Source: Mobula hypostoma
Taxonomy: Eukaryota
NCBI RefSeq assembly: GCF_963921235.1
Contig: NC_086097.1
Location: 152,336,001 to 152,400,000 of the forward strand
Direction: 5' to 3'
DNA: 64,000 nucleotides
The notes under the pieces are model-generated. The model was not told where the DNA came from. It saw only the letters and a program-made list of their open reading frames with translations, and searched no databases. The translations under genes were made by a program, and so were the position numbers. Each line of letters starts with the position of its first letter. Position 1 is the first letter of the stretch. Shown here one piece after another: positions 38,540 to 51,313 of the stretch.

Positions 38540-39800
38540 TTTTCAGCTGGCACCTGGTGGCCAAAGGAAGTCAGTACTGGACTCAATGCATTTATAAATT
38601 CTATGTTTCAGACATTGTGAAATAGAAGGGGATGGCATGAAACTTTACGGTGTGGTGAATAACAGAAGACTGCAAGAGGACAGAGATAGGTTGGTACAAT
38701 GGGCGAACAACTACCGGATAAAATTCAATGAATAGAAGCATGAAATGATGAATTCTGGCAATAAGGATGAGGGACAAGTTGGATTAACTGGAAAATAGAT
38801 ACAAAGGTGTGCAGGAACAGAGGGATCTGAGTATCAGTGTGCATAAATCCTTGAAAGCGACAGGCTTGTTCAGTGGATAGTGGAGTTTAAGTGAATCTGG
38901 TTCTCAAAGGTATAGTTTGCAAAAGCGGGGTTGTTATGTTGGATCCATATAGATTATTGGTTAAATCCAAATGGAGATTTGTATTGATTTTTGTCACCTC
39001 TTTTGTGGATGTGTGAAGTTGCAGAAAAAGATTGTTAGAGTGACTTCAGGGCTAAGAGCTATGCTGGGGAAGCAAACGTTGTTCTTTTTGTAACAAAAAA
39101 AAATGAGACTTGATAACAGTGTGCAAGATCACGACTGGAATAGATAGGGAGGGTAAATAGAAGAGAGTTGTTGGCATCAAAAAGACTTGGTAAAAAAAAA
39201 TCGATAATCATCAAGGGGAAAACACACCAGTTGTAGGAATCATGCCTGGCACAAAATAAACCAATCAATCCAGCCTCCAGGTATTTTTGTAGGAGCTCCT
39301 AAGGGTCAACTATTTTCAGCTGTATCAGTAAAAACCTCTCTTCCACCGTACAGTCAGAAGTAAGGTTATCCAGTCGTGCAGGTTGACCTGTATATAAAAT
39401 AGAACACTCCACAAATTGCAGCAGCTGACTCACCTCCTGACATCCAAAACTTTCCCACCAAGTGAGAAGTACAAATCAGAAATCTGGTGGGAAAATACCT
39501 GGCTACCAAGTGAGCACAGCTGCAATGATACTCCAGAAGCTCTATACGATATTGGGAAAAGCAGCTGCCCTGATTAATACCCCTGTTACCAGCAGGCAAG
39601 ATGTACAGAACCTAATGTTCTACACCAACAGATTCAGGATCAGCTTCTTTCCAAAAGCCATGGGGTTCTTGAAACAACCTGCACAATCTTCACCATACCT
39701 CAGCAACAAACATAATCGACTACCCCTTCACAAACATGGCCTTGTCCCTAATTTTGCTTTTGTTTTTTTTTTGTGTGTGTCCACATGTGGGAACTCCTTT
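38540..39800 (+). mobile_element. Old degenerate LINE fragments (CR1-like RT pieces, then a Rex1 3' piece)
   Basis: Eroded matches such as LQEDRDRLVQWA..IKFN and EQRDL near 38670-38830. accaacagattcaggatcagcttctttcc (TNRFRISFFP) at about 39623. Confidence 0.55.
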
Positions 39801-40062
39801 TATAAAATGTATCAGGGAGTAAGAATGGGCAAGAAGTATGGCATTGCTAGAAAAGTCCAGATCTCAGAAATTTCATAAATATAAAAGAAATTTAGTGGAT
39901 TGTTCAAAGACCAGGGCACACATTTATTCTTTGCACAAAGCATTATAAAGGATCACAGAGAAAAAATGATCAACAAACCTTTATGTACTGTACTTAAGAA
40001 TTCTGTTTAGTCTATAAACTGAATTGATTAGGCCTATCATAAAGAAATTAAATATGCACTTA

Positions 40063-41137
40063 ATGCCATAAGACATAGGAGCAGAATTAGGCCATTCAGC
40101 CCATTGATCCTGCTCCACCACTCCATCATGGCTGATCCTGGATCCCATTCAACCCCATACATCTTACTTCTTGCCTTATCCTTTGATGCCCTGACCAATG
40201 AGGAAACTATCCACTTCTGCCTTAAATATACCCATGGACTTGGCCTCCACTGCAGTCTGTTGCAGAGCATTCCACAGTTTCCCTACTCTCTGGCTAAAAA
40301 AAAATCACTTCTTTCCTCTGTTCTAAAAGGTCGCCCCTCAATTTTGAAGTTGTGCCCTCTAGTTCTGGAGACCCCTACCATAGGAAGCATCCTCTCCACA
40401 TCCACAGTATCTAGTCTTTTCAACATTCAGTAGGTTTTAATGAGATCTCCCCTGCATTTTCTGAATTCCAGTGAGTACAGGTCCAAAGCTGCCGAACACT
40501 CCTCGTATGTTAACTCTTCATTCCCAGAATCATCCTCGTCAAACTCCTTTGGACTCTGTACAATGACAACACATCCTTTCTGAGATATGGGGCTCTAAAC
40601 TGTTGACATACTTCAAGTGCAGCCTGACCAGTGTCTTATAAAGCTTCAGCATTATTTACTTGCTTTTGTATTCTATTCTCCTTGAAATAAAAGCCAACAT
40701 TGCATTTGCCTTCTTTACCACAAACTCAACCTGCAAATTAATCTTATGGGAGTCTTGCAAGAGGACTCTTAAGTCCCTCTGCACCTCTGATGTTTGAACT
40801 TTTTTCCCATTTAGATAATAGTTCTCACTACTTTTCCTTTTACCAAAATGCATTATTGTACATTTCCCAACACTGTATTCCATCTACCAAATTTTTGCCC
40901 ATTCTTCCAATTTAAGTCCTGCTGCAATTGCATTGCTTCCTCAGTCCTACCTCCCCCTCCACCTATCTTCGTATCATCTGCAAACTTTGCCACAAAGCTA
41001 TCAATTGCATTATCTAAATCATTGGCAAACAATGTGAAAAGTAACAATACCTATATTGACTCCTGAGGAACACCACTAGTTACTGGCGGCCAACCAGAAA
41101 GGGCTTCCTTTACTCCCACTCACTGCCTCCTGCCTAA
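40063..41137 (-). mobile_element. CR1 LINE (second subfamily) 3' fragment
   Basis: Minus-strand ORFs NDLDNAIDSFVAKFADDTKIGG and VVKKANAMLAFISR. Tail gccataagacatagg. Confidence 0.92.
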
Positions 41138-41492
41138 TTCACAGGAGAGGAATTATGGGGAATGGGATAAGAGTGGTGTAATAGGACAGATGAAATTGTT
41201 CCACTAGCAAGTGGATTGGATGAATGAATGAGCTGAATAGTCTCTTAAAGCTTTGAGACAGTAATGACTCTGTGATTGCATCATGAAATCCTAAGATGAA
41301 GTGTGAAAGCAATACTTTGAGATAAACTAAATTAGCACAGACTGAAGTTTTAGTAGAGGACCTCATTAATCAAATGGAATACATATATACTTACTGAGCA
41401 AGTTAATTACCCATTGTAAAATAGATCAAGAACACATTTTATTCATTTTATCTTTATTCCATTATGCACTTTTTGCGCAGACAAAGTTACAA

Positions 41493-42075
41493 AATCAGAA
41501 TCAGGTTTAATAACGCTGGCATATGTCATGAAATATATTGCTTGGTGGTAGCAGTATATTCCAATACAAAATAAAAAGCTATAAATTACGAAATATATAT
41601 ATATATATATATCAGTGCAAATCAAGAGCAAAAAATAAAGAAATAGTGAGGTAGTGTACATGGATTCAATATCTGTTCATATGGCTGATGTTTGTAGGGA
41701 AGAAGCTGTTCCTAATACACTTGAGAGTGTGCCTTCAGACCTGTGTACCTCCTCCTTGATGGTAGAAAAAAGAGGGCATGTCCTTTTTGATGGATGTTGT
41801 TTTTTTTGAGATATTGACTTTTGAAGATGTCTTGGATGCTGGGGAGGCTACTGCCCAGCTTTCAGTTTGCCGGCTGGCTATTTGCAGCTTTCTGCAGCTT
41901 TTTCCAATCCTTTGCAATGGCCCTTCAATACCAGGTGGTGATACAACCAGTTAAATGCTCTCTACAGCATACTTGTAGAAATTTGCGCGTGTCTTTGATG
42001 ACATACCATGTCTCCTCACATTCCTAATGAATATACATGCAGACGCTATCCTGCCTTCTTTGTAATTACAACAAT
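41493..42075 (-). mobile_element. Rex1/Babar 3' fragment
   Basis: (AATCAG)n tail at 41493. Degenerate C-terminal coding sequence on the minus strand. Confidence 0.75.
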
Positions 42076-42734
42076 ATAGTTTATCCCCCTCCCCCTACCC
42101 CAACCCTCACTGGTCCTGTACTATGTATCTTGGTGGCAGAAGTCAGAAAGTGACTACCCACGATGAAGTCCTTGAATGGGCTTCAATCAACTATCGTCTG
42201 CCTGTTGATACCTTCAAGCTCTCACTCCAATGCTCTACTGTCCTCATCTGCTTCAAGGAAATCCCTCTTATTCTAGTTCTCAAGAAAAGTAGTTTCCTCT
42301 CTCAATGACTACCAACCAGTGACTGGTAGTGGCCTAGATCAGTGCCAGTCTTTCTGAGAGTCTGGAACCCGTGCAATGTGCATACCAGAATGATAAGTCA
42401 CAGAGGATGCTGTTCCTTTGCACAATATTCAGCTCTGGATCAGAATAATACTGATGACAGGATGTTATTCATCGACTAGAACACATTCTTTAACACCAAA
42501 TGATATAATTACTAAGCTCCTGGACCTTGGCCTTGGGGTGCCACCTGCAACTAGCTTCCTGATTGGTTAGAATTGTTCAATAACATTTCATCCATTCTGT
42601 CCCTTAACAACAGCACTCCTCAGGGTTATGTGCTCAGTCCAGTGCTCTGGTCTTTCCATACCCATGGTGTGACTGCACATAGCCTGGTACAATGCTACAT
42701 TGATTCTAAAGTTTGCCAATGATACCTCTGCAGG

Positions 42735-43597
42735 AATCAGAATCAGGTTTATTATCACCGGCCTGTGTCGTGAAATTTGTTAACTTAGCAGCAGCAGTTC
42801 AATGCAATACATAATATAGAAAAAGGACAACAAAAAATAAATAAATTACAATATATGTATATTGGGGATTAAAAATCATGCAAAAACAAAAATAATATAC
42901 ATTGAAAAATGAGGTAGTGTTCACGGGTTCAATATCCATTTAAGAATTGGATGGCAGAGGGGAAGAAGCTGTTCCTGAATCACTGAGTGTGTGCCTTCAG
43001 GCTTCTGTACCTCTTACCTAATGGTAACAATAAGAAAAGGGCATGCCTTTGGTGCTGGTGGTCCTTAATAACAGACACTGCCTTTCTCAGTCGCTGCTCC
43101 TTGAAGGTGTTCTGGGTACTTTGTAGGCTACTACTGAAGCTGGAGCCAACTAAATTTATGACCCTCTGCAGCTTCTTTCAGTCCTGTGCAGTAGTCCTCA
43201 CCATCCCCCCCCCCCATACCAGACAATGATGCAACCTGTCAGAATGCTCTCCACAGTACATCTATAGAAGTTTTTGAGTGTATTTGTTGACATACCAAAT
43301 CTCTTCAAACTCCCAATGAAGTATAGTCACTGTCTTGCCTTCTTTATAACTGCATTGATACGTTGGGACCAAGTTAGGTCTTCGGAGATCTTGATACTCA
43401 CGAACTTGAAGCTGCTCACTCTCTCCACTTCTGATCCCTCTGAGGATTGGTCTGCGTTCCTTTGTCTTGCCCTTCCTGAAGTCCACAATCAGCTCTTTCA
43501 TCTTACTGATGTTGAGTGCCAGGTTATTGCTGCAACACCACTCCATTATTTGGTATATCTCGCTCCTGTACACCCTCTCATCACCACCTGAGATTCT
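42735..43597 (-). mobile_element. Rex1/Babar 3' fragment (younger)
   Basis: (AATCAG)n tail. ORF 43262-43678 reads ISGGDERVYRSEIYQIMEWCCSNNLALNISKMKELIVDFRK. Confidence 0.88.
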
Positions 43598-43674
43598 TTT
43601 GAGATACACTGTTGTCTGAATCCGCAATGATGAAACAGAATACAGGAAAGAGATTATGAACCTTTTCCAAAAAT

Positions 43675-43990
43675 TCAAAGTTCAAAGTAAATTTATTATT
43701 GAAATACATATGTGTTACCGTACACTGTCTTGAGATCCACCTCCTTGCAGGAAAAAATGAAATGCAGTAGAATTTTACATAAATAAACTATACATAAACT
43801 GAAAAAGACCAACAAACATCAATTGCAAAAGGATAGAAACTGTGTAAACAAAAATAACACTGAGAACACAAGTTGTAAAGACTCCTTGAAAGTGAGTTGG
43901 TAAGTTGTAGAATAAATTCAGATTTGTGGTGAATGTAGTTATCCTTGCTGATTCAGGAGTCTGGTGGTTGTAGGGTAATTGTGTCATGGT
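43675..43990 (-). mobile_element. Rex1/Babar 3' UTR fragment
   Basis: Tail ttcaaagttcaaagtaaatttatt. The UTR resembles 32686-33040. Confidence 0.65.
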
Positions 43991-46900
43991 GTCAGAACAC
44001 CAACCCAGCCCTTAATGATTTTAAGACAAAAGATTTTGTTGTTGACCGAAGGAAGCAAGGGGTAAACTCTTCCCTGTCCTCATCAACAGAGCTGCTGTAG
44101 AGTTGGTGCACAACTTCAAGTTCCCTGGAGTCCATATCACTAGCAATGTCAACTGTGTGGTGATCAAGGAAGCTGATCAGCATACTCCTTTCCTTTGGCA
44201 TATGAGAAGATATGGCTATGCCAATGAGGATTTTATTGAACTTCTACAAATGTGTTATAGGAAGAATTCTGAAATGTCGCATTTCGGCCCGCTGTGGCAA
44301 CTGCTCTGTTCCAGCCAGGGTGGTAAACACTATTCAGCCCTGCACCAATCCTGCCATTTAGTCCATCTGCAAGGTGCATTGCTTCAGGAAGATTGATAAG
44401 GTGAGGGCAACCATGTCTGCCACCCTGAGTATTCTCTTTTCTCACTTGTACCCAATGAGTGAAGATACAGGGGCTTGAAAGTCTGGATATCCAGACTTTA
44501 AATGGTCTTCTCTACTGTGAACAGACCAGTGATCCAATCACCTCTTTCATAACACAGTCCTGGTGGCATTGCCACTTCTCGTCCTCTTAACTCTACCTCT
44601 CTCAGTTATTCCACTACTACCTCCTTTCTTGTTGTACTGCTTCAGATTCCAGAACAATCTTTGCATCATTTTGTTTTTGTGCTCGTCACTGTATTTATTG
44701 GTGCTATTTATTATCATGAATATTATTTACTTTGCGAGTCTCACGTGATCAAGGAATTTCATTACACCCTGGTGTAAGTGACATTAAACCAATCTAGTCT
44801 GATGAAGTTCCAAATCTTTTGAATACGATTTCAACCCACAGACATCTGGTACAGAGGTGAAAGTGCTATCAACAATATATTTGAATACAATTTTTAAATG
44901 AGGGCTTAACTGAGATTCTTGGAGATATGATATGCAGCTGGACCTTCAGTTACCCTGTATAATTTCAGTTAATGTTTTCCTTTTTATGCAATTAACATAT
45001 ACTGATCAATTATGCAGCAAAACAAGGAGCCATTCATCACTTATTGGTCAATAGCTAACATTGTCTGGTCCAGTGCCAAGAAACAGGGCTAATGTTGTAC
45101 TATTAAGAAAATAATTCAGGAAGTGAAGATTAGAAAATAAATTATAATATATAAAAGAAGGACATTGTAAAAGAAACTATTGAATTTCTTCCCAGGGTCT
45201 TGAAGTATCTGCAATTAAAATTCAATCTAATATCAAGATGTAACAAACAAGAACAGGAGATAGGGTGGAATAGAAAACTAATATGTGTAAAACTGTTCAT
45301 TGCAACAGTTTTTTGGGGTATTAAATACACACAGTTCACCTCAACTCTATAGAGGTGATTCACTCAAACTTACACATGGTTAATGCCCTGAACCAGTGTA
45401 GTAATATATTTAAGAGACTCATTGACAAGTGGATGATCACTTCATGAAATAGAGGTTAGCATTACTCGATATTGTGGGTGCCATCTTCAAGTACGTTTAA
45501 TTTTCCTTTAGAAACAGAAGGAGTAGGAGTGCTCCCTGAATCTCCGGTTCTAAGAATAGACCTTCTCATTGCATGATTTGAAGGGCCAAAACTTAATTTT
45601 TATCAACTAAGTGGGTACTGTGGAAGAGGAGCCAATGCTGGTAATTTAGATTAAAGATATGGGTAAAACAGTGATATCCCATTCAGTCTTTGGTTTAGTT
45701 GTCCTTGTTAGAGTACACAAGCTCCCCAGGTTACAAAATGACTCGACTTTCTGAAAATTCTCTGATACATTTTAAAAACATTTTTCAAACTAGTAATTAT
45801 GATAACAATAGTTCACAGTATTTACTAATGACTGAATTATGGTAGAGTTAGCTTGATTATTCAGTGGAATGAAAGAGCAAAGGTATAATATGAGTAGCTA
45901 TAGAAAACATGCACATCTGACAATGGGAGCTGAATTACAGGCATTCTCAAGCTGGAACTCTTGCCTATCCTGGAGATTGCCTGTGTATGCTGTTCCATCC
46001 ACCATGGTCTTGATCCCCATAATGAAGCCAGACTTATTCAGACCATTCCCTCTTTGACTCTTTGCAGTCTAACATATTCACCTAACACACTGAAGCATTG
46101 AAATACTGTAAAAACTGGGCAGGCATTTATGCACATCTGACCTTTCTGAGCATTTAGTGTAGATTTTAACATATTTAGAATCCCCACTGTGCATCTGTGA
46201 CCAGAAGAATATTGCTACAGAGTTCTACGTTCTCTAACACAGTGAACCGTAATTTTTAGACTTTGACGTCCTAAAGGAACATCTGTAACAAATAACTCAT
46301 GATCCTCAAGGATAAAAGTGAATTTGCAGTAACAGACTTCCTGGACTTAACAGTGCAGCAGTCAGATCTGCTGTAAAGAAGTTAGTTGAATGATGTGTAT
46401 GTGTATACAGACACACACGACTGTGGCGCAAATGCTTGCCTCCACGGGGAAAGAAAATATCTGGTACTCAGCTCTCACTTGAGCATTCTTAATTTGTAAT
46501 TTCTGCATTAATAGTGACTGAAATGGAGTAGAGAGAGGAAAGGACATATCCTGACATTGCTTTGAACACAATGATACTGACAAATGGAAGCGTTTAACCA
46601 TTAGGGGATAGCTAAGGCTAACTTCAACCATTTTTCCCTCCCTTGGTACGTTGACCTAATCATGTGGTTACTGAAAAAGAGAACAAAAGTGTCTCTGAGA
46701 AAGTGTCTCTGAGAAACCCAAAACTAGAGCACTGCATAAGTGATAAAGCTTGTGCTGCTCATTTTAATGTTTGCTCCTACTCTAAATCACCACAAAGGTA
46801 TCAAGGATTTTGTTCCAACCACTCTACCCCTCCATTATTACTTCAGTTTTTCAGCTGTAATTTTCCCCTCTGCTCATAAAGCTATCTCGGCCTGCAATGT

Positions 46901-47345
46901 AAATATAATTAAGCCATTAACCATTCTTCACAAATCTGTTTTAGAGGTGAGTATAGGCTGAATGACAGAAGAAACACAACTGAGCTTTATCCTTGCATCC
47001 AGATCCAGGACAAATATCTGCATAGCAGTTGAGGTCATTGTGAGCAGGGTTATAAAGTTGAAAATAAAAATTCAAGAGAATGATGGTTTGGAGGCGGAAA
47101 TGTGGGAATACAAAAAAAGGTTTCATTTCAGCAGTCTCTTTGGTTCAATGACAACTTGCTTTTCATCTGCTTTTGTGACTTTTGAGATGAATCATGTGGC
47201 CAACATGGAAACCACAGACACTTCCACTGATTAGACAGCTTGTGGAGCAGGTGGGTGGGCACCCTGATGTGGTGTTTTTTCCATGTCATTCATGCAAAAA
47301 TCCTGGATGATCCCTATGCATGATCTTGTGATACTTAATACCTCT

Positions 47346-48230
47346 CATAAGGCCATAAGACATAGGAGCAGAACTAGGCTATTAGGCCCTCTAAGTCTGC
47401 TCCTTCATTCCGTCATGGCTGATTTATTATCCCTCTCAACCCCATTCGCCTGCCTTTTCCCTGTAACCTTTGATGCCCTTGCCAACTTCCAATTTAAATC
47501 TACCCAATAACTTGGCCTCTACTCTCACTTAAATTCCTCCTAATCTCTGTAATAAAGGGCTGTCCTTCAATTCTGAGGCTGTTTCCTCTGGTACTAGACT
47601 CCCCCACTATAGGAAACATCCTCTCCAAATCCACTCTATTTAGTCTTTTCAATATTTGATGGGTTTCATTGAGATTCCCCCTCATTCTTCCAAATTCCAT
47701 TGAGAACAGGCCCGGAGCCATCCAACACTCCTCATATGTTAATCCTTTCATTCCCAGGATGATACTAGTGAACCTCCTCTGGACCCTCTCTAAACCCAAT
47801 ACATCGTTTCCTAGATAAGGGGCCCAAAATTGCCCCCAGCACTTCAGGTGCCAGTTCTTTGCCCATTCTTCCAATTTGTCCAAGTCCTTCTGCAGACTCC
47901 CTGCTTCCTCAACTCTAACTGCCTCTACACTGATCTTTGCATTGTCCAGAAACTTGGCTATAAAGCCATTAATTCTGTCATCCAAATCATTGATATACAA
48001 CTTGAAAAGAAGCAGTTCTAACACAGACCTCTTTAAACACCGTTAGTCACCAGCAGGCAACCGGAAAAGCCCTTCTTTATTCCCACTCTCTGGCTCCTGC
48101 TAGTCAACCAATCATCATGATGCTAATGTCTTTTCTGTAATATCATGGGCTCTAATCTTGTTTAGTAGCCTCAGGTACTCCACCTTGTCAAAACCTTTTG
48201 AAAATCCAAGTAATCCACATCCACTGATTC
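47346..48230 (-). mobile_element. CR1 LINE (second subfamily) 3' fragment with internal deletions
   Basis: ORF 47500-48024 reads YINDLDDRINGFIAKFLDNAKI..LERVQRRFT, with the central region missing. Tail cataaggccataagacatagg. Confidence 0.9.
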
Positions 48231-49147
48231 TCCCTAAATGTTTCCTCTCCACTTTAGCACAATTGAGCCAGAGATTCCAAAACCCAGAAAGGGTTACTGA
48301 TGTTGCTTCAAGAAGGCTCAAGGCAAATAAACAATCACAAAATGTAAAGTCACAGGTCAGTCAAATGATCTCCACAACAAATCAAGTAAGGCACATTTTC
48401 TGTGGGGAATAAATGATATTAAATTTGATTCTGATCTTTATTAGACCATATTTTTGTATTTTGAAAAATTGCAAGTCAAGTCAAGCCAATTTGAGTTGTC
48501 ATGTGCACAATGTTGCAGATATTCACCCTCAAGAACAATGATTGATTTGACACAGAAAGATTCTATAATAACTGATAATTATCTTTATTGGTTCAGTTAA
48601 AAACAAGCATGCTAGTCACACAAAACTAAGTATCTTTGTGCCGACCAATCAAATTGCTCTGACCCTCCCTAAATAGTCAAAGCATAGAAACATGGGGATA
48701 GAAATTTAAAGTGCCTCAGCGTTCCTCTTGATCACAACATAATCACCATATTTTCAACACAGGGTCATCCATTTCCACAATGGTCTCAGAGATTTTGCTC
48801 CGCCACTCAAAATCCTCCATTTTTATCATTTTAAAAAAATCAGATTGCGCTGTTATGTTTTGATTTCATTGGCTAAGCTGATCTGACTAGCCTGTGTCAG
48901 CTTCTCATTAGATCTGATCCAAGGCTGGAAGCAGTATTACTTTATTGCTTTTCCACGAAACTTGTGCCTCAGTTAACTTTCTTCGTTCTCCCTGAGACAG
49001 ACCAGTTCAAACTCATTTAGCCAGATCAGCCAAACACTGGACTCTGGTTACTTCAGGTCATAGGCTATTCTTTCCACAAGCCTGCCACTTTTACTAACCA
49101 AGATTTTTATTTGGAAATAGTTTCAGGTTAGCAGTTGGTGTTTTGTT

Positions 49148-50640
49148 ACGAGACCCTTCATTGAGATTTGCTGATGAGGGGTCTCGGCCTGAAGCCTCTG
49201 CATAGATGATGCCTGACCTGCTGAGTTCCATTCTGTGGTCAGGTTCAGATGATCATCAGCAGAGATCTCATTGTGTTCACTTTCAGTTGCTCATATCAAG
49301 CCATACCTGAGCAAGAACCATTCTCTAAATAGTTCACAAAATGATGGCTGCAAGAACAGTCTCACAAAATGACAGCCTCCATTCCTTCAACCTCATGGAA
49401 AGAACAAAGACATTTGGTTTGTCTGCTTCTACTGCTCTTGGCTCATTCTAGTTTCAACAGCTAGGATTTCCCAATGGCCAGCTATTTTAATTCCATTTCC
49501 TATTCCCACATGGTATGTCTTTCCAAAGCATCCGCTACTGCCAAAATGAGGCCAGATGCAGATTGGAGGAGCAGCACTTCATATTACATCTTGGTGGTTC
49601 CTTCCTATTCTGTCTCTAGTAAAAATGCTATTCCATTTTCTCAGTTCCTTCATCTCTGCCACATCTGTTCCCAGGATGAGGCCTTCCTTTCCTAGACATC
49701 GGAGGTGCCCCCCCCCTTCTTCAAAGAACAGGGTTTCTCTTCCTTCCCTCTTCTTCTATTCCCCATTCTGGCTTCTTACCTCTTCTCACCTGTATATCAC
49801 CTCTTCCTGGTCTCCCTCCTCCTTCATTTTTTCCTGTGATCCACTGTCCTATCAGAATCCTTCATCTGCAGCCCTTTATCTTTCCCACCCACCTGGCTTC
49901 GTCTATCACCTTCTAACAATCCTTCCTCCCCTCTCACCCCTCCCACACATTTATCCGTCAACTTCCCCCTTCCTTTCCTATCCTGAAGGGTCTCAGCTCT
50001 AATCGTCAACTATTTATTCATTTCCAAGGATCCTGCCTGACCTGCTGAGTTTCTCCAGCATTTTGTGTGTGTTGCTTTGGACTTCCATCATCTGTTGACT
50101 TATTGTGTTTATGATTAGTATCGATGTCTCTAATTCCAGTAACCACTCCCCACTACTCATCTGTTTTGTTTCCCTTATCTTAATGGCCCCTTTACTCATT
50201 CTCTTTCCCCTTTCCTGCCCTCAAAGTCTGTCCATCACCTTCGCCTTCCTTCCTCTATTCCCTACCTACTTCCCTTATTCCATGATCCTCTGCTTTCAGA
50301 TTCCTTCTGCAGCTGTTTGCTTTTTCCACCATCAATTCCCAGCTTCTCTCATTATTACCTTTTACACTCTCCCTCACCTACCTGCCTTCCCCCCCTCACC
50401 TGAATTCACCTGTCACCTTCCAGCTTATGCTTCTCCTCTTCCTCCCCTTTAATTCTGGCTTTGACTTTCTCCTTTCCAGTCCTGATCAACATTCCCATTC
50501 TGAATCATTGTGTGTTCATTTCCCTCTGTAGATGCTGAATGACCCTCAGTGTGGTAGTAGCGGAGGCCTTGGATGGACATGTTCTTCAACATAGTGTGTT
50601 TTCTCCCGATTTCCGGCATCTACAATTTCTCTCGTGTCTC
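49148..50640 (+). mobile_element. Cluster of Penelope family A fragments
   Basis: DFPMASYFNSISYSH..(LEEQHFILHLG) at 49465-49594. Pyrimidine-rich UTRs. Eroded hammerhead remnants near 49171-49193, 49981-50012 and 50477. Termini ctgcctgacctgctgagtt. Confidence 0.72.
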
Positions 50641-50644
50641 TGTG

Positions 50645-50985
50645 ACAAAAAATAAATTGTACATAAATTACACAAGACAGTGATGAGAGACAGAAAATAG
50701 GCTGCAAAAGCAAGACAATAATTCTAAAAAACATACAATTGGAGATGTCCATGGTAATTCAAGGGGTGGTCCATAGTTTTTCATTGCTGAGAAAGGATTA
50801 AAGTTAAACAGGTCAGTTCAATAACCTGATAGCTGTATGAAAGTAGCTGCTTCTGAACCTGGTGACGTAGCAATGAGGAGAGAGCATACCTGGATGGTGG
50901 GGATCCCTCATCATAGATGCCATGCTCTTGAGGCAGTACTTTCCGTAGAAGCTATCAATGATTGTGCCCATGATGGACCAGACTG
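50645..50985 (-). mobile_element. Degenerate Rex1/Babar 3' fragment
   Basis: gttcaataacctgatagctgtatgaaagtagctgcttctgaacctggtg resembles the minus-strand Rex1 C-terminus at 32990-33040. Confidence 0.55.
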
Positions 50986-51221
50986 TACATGGAGGATATT
51001 ATATATATATCACTGTCATCACTGTCTTGTGTAATATTATTTATATATATAGATAAGTTGTAGAAATAATGGAAAGGGTGCCAAAAGGGTTTACAGTATT
51101 TAGATCAGAAGTAAAAAAGTTCATAAGTCAGGAAAGAATGAATTATTACATTTTGTTAAACAAAAAAATGTGCAAATTTGTAAACAAATAAATCCAGATA
51201 AAGAGAGAAAGGATGGGCTAC

Positions 51222-51313
51222 AAGGTGCTCAGGGGTGCAGCAATTAGCATACTGATTCACAACTCCAGAAACGGGAACTTGATTCTATATCTGGGTATCG
51301 TCTCTGTGGAATT
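51222..51313 (+). mobile_element. Eroded tRNA-derived SINE head
   Basis: ggtgcagcaattagc...cacaactccagaaacgggaacttgattct...gtctctgtggaatt shows decayed A/B-box spacing resembling HE1/V-SINE heads. Confidence 0.35.

Larger units (their letters stand above)
42150..44800 (+). mobile_element. Old Rex1/Babar LINE, split by two younger antisense Rex1 copies
   Basis: Degenerate RT: CFKEIPLILVLKK, RMLFID, PQGYVLSPVL, then KFANDT | RNDETEYRKE | KTKDFVVD, NFKFPGVHIT. 3' UTR reaches about 44800. Confidence 0.7.
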
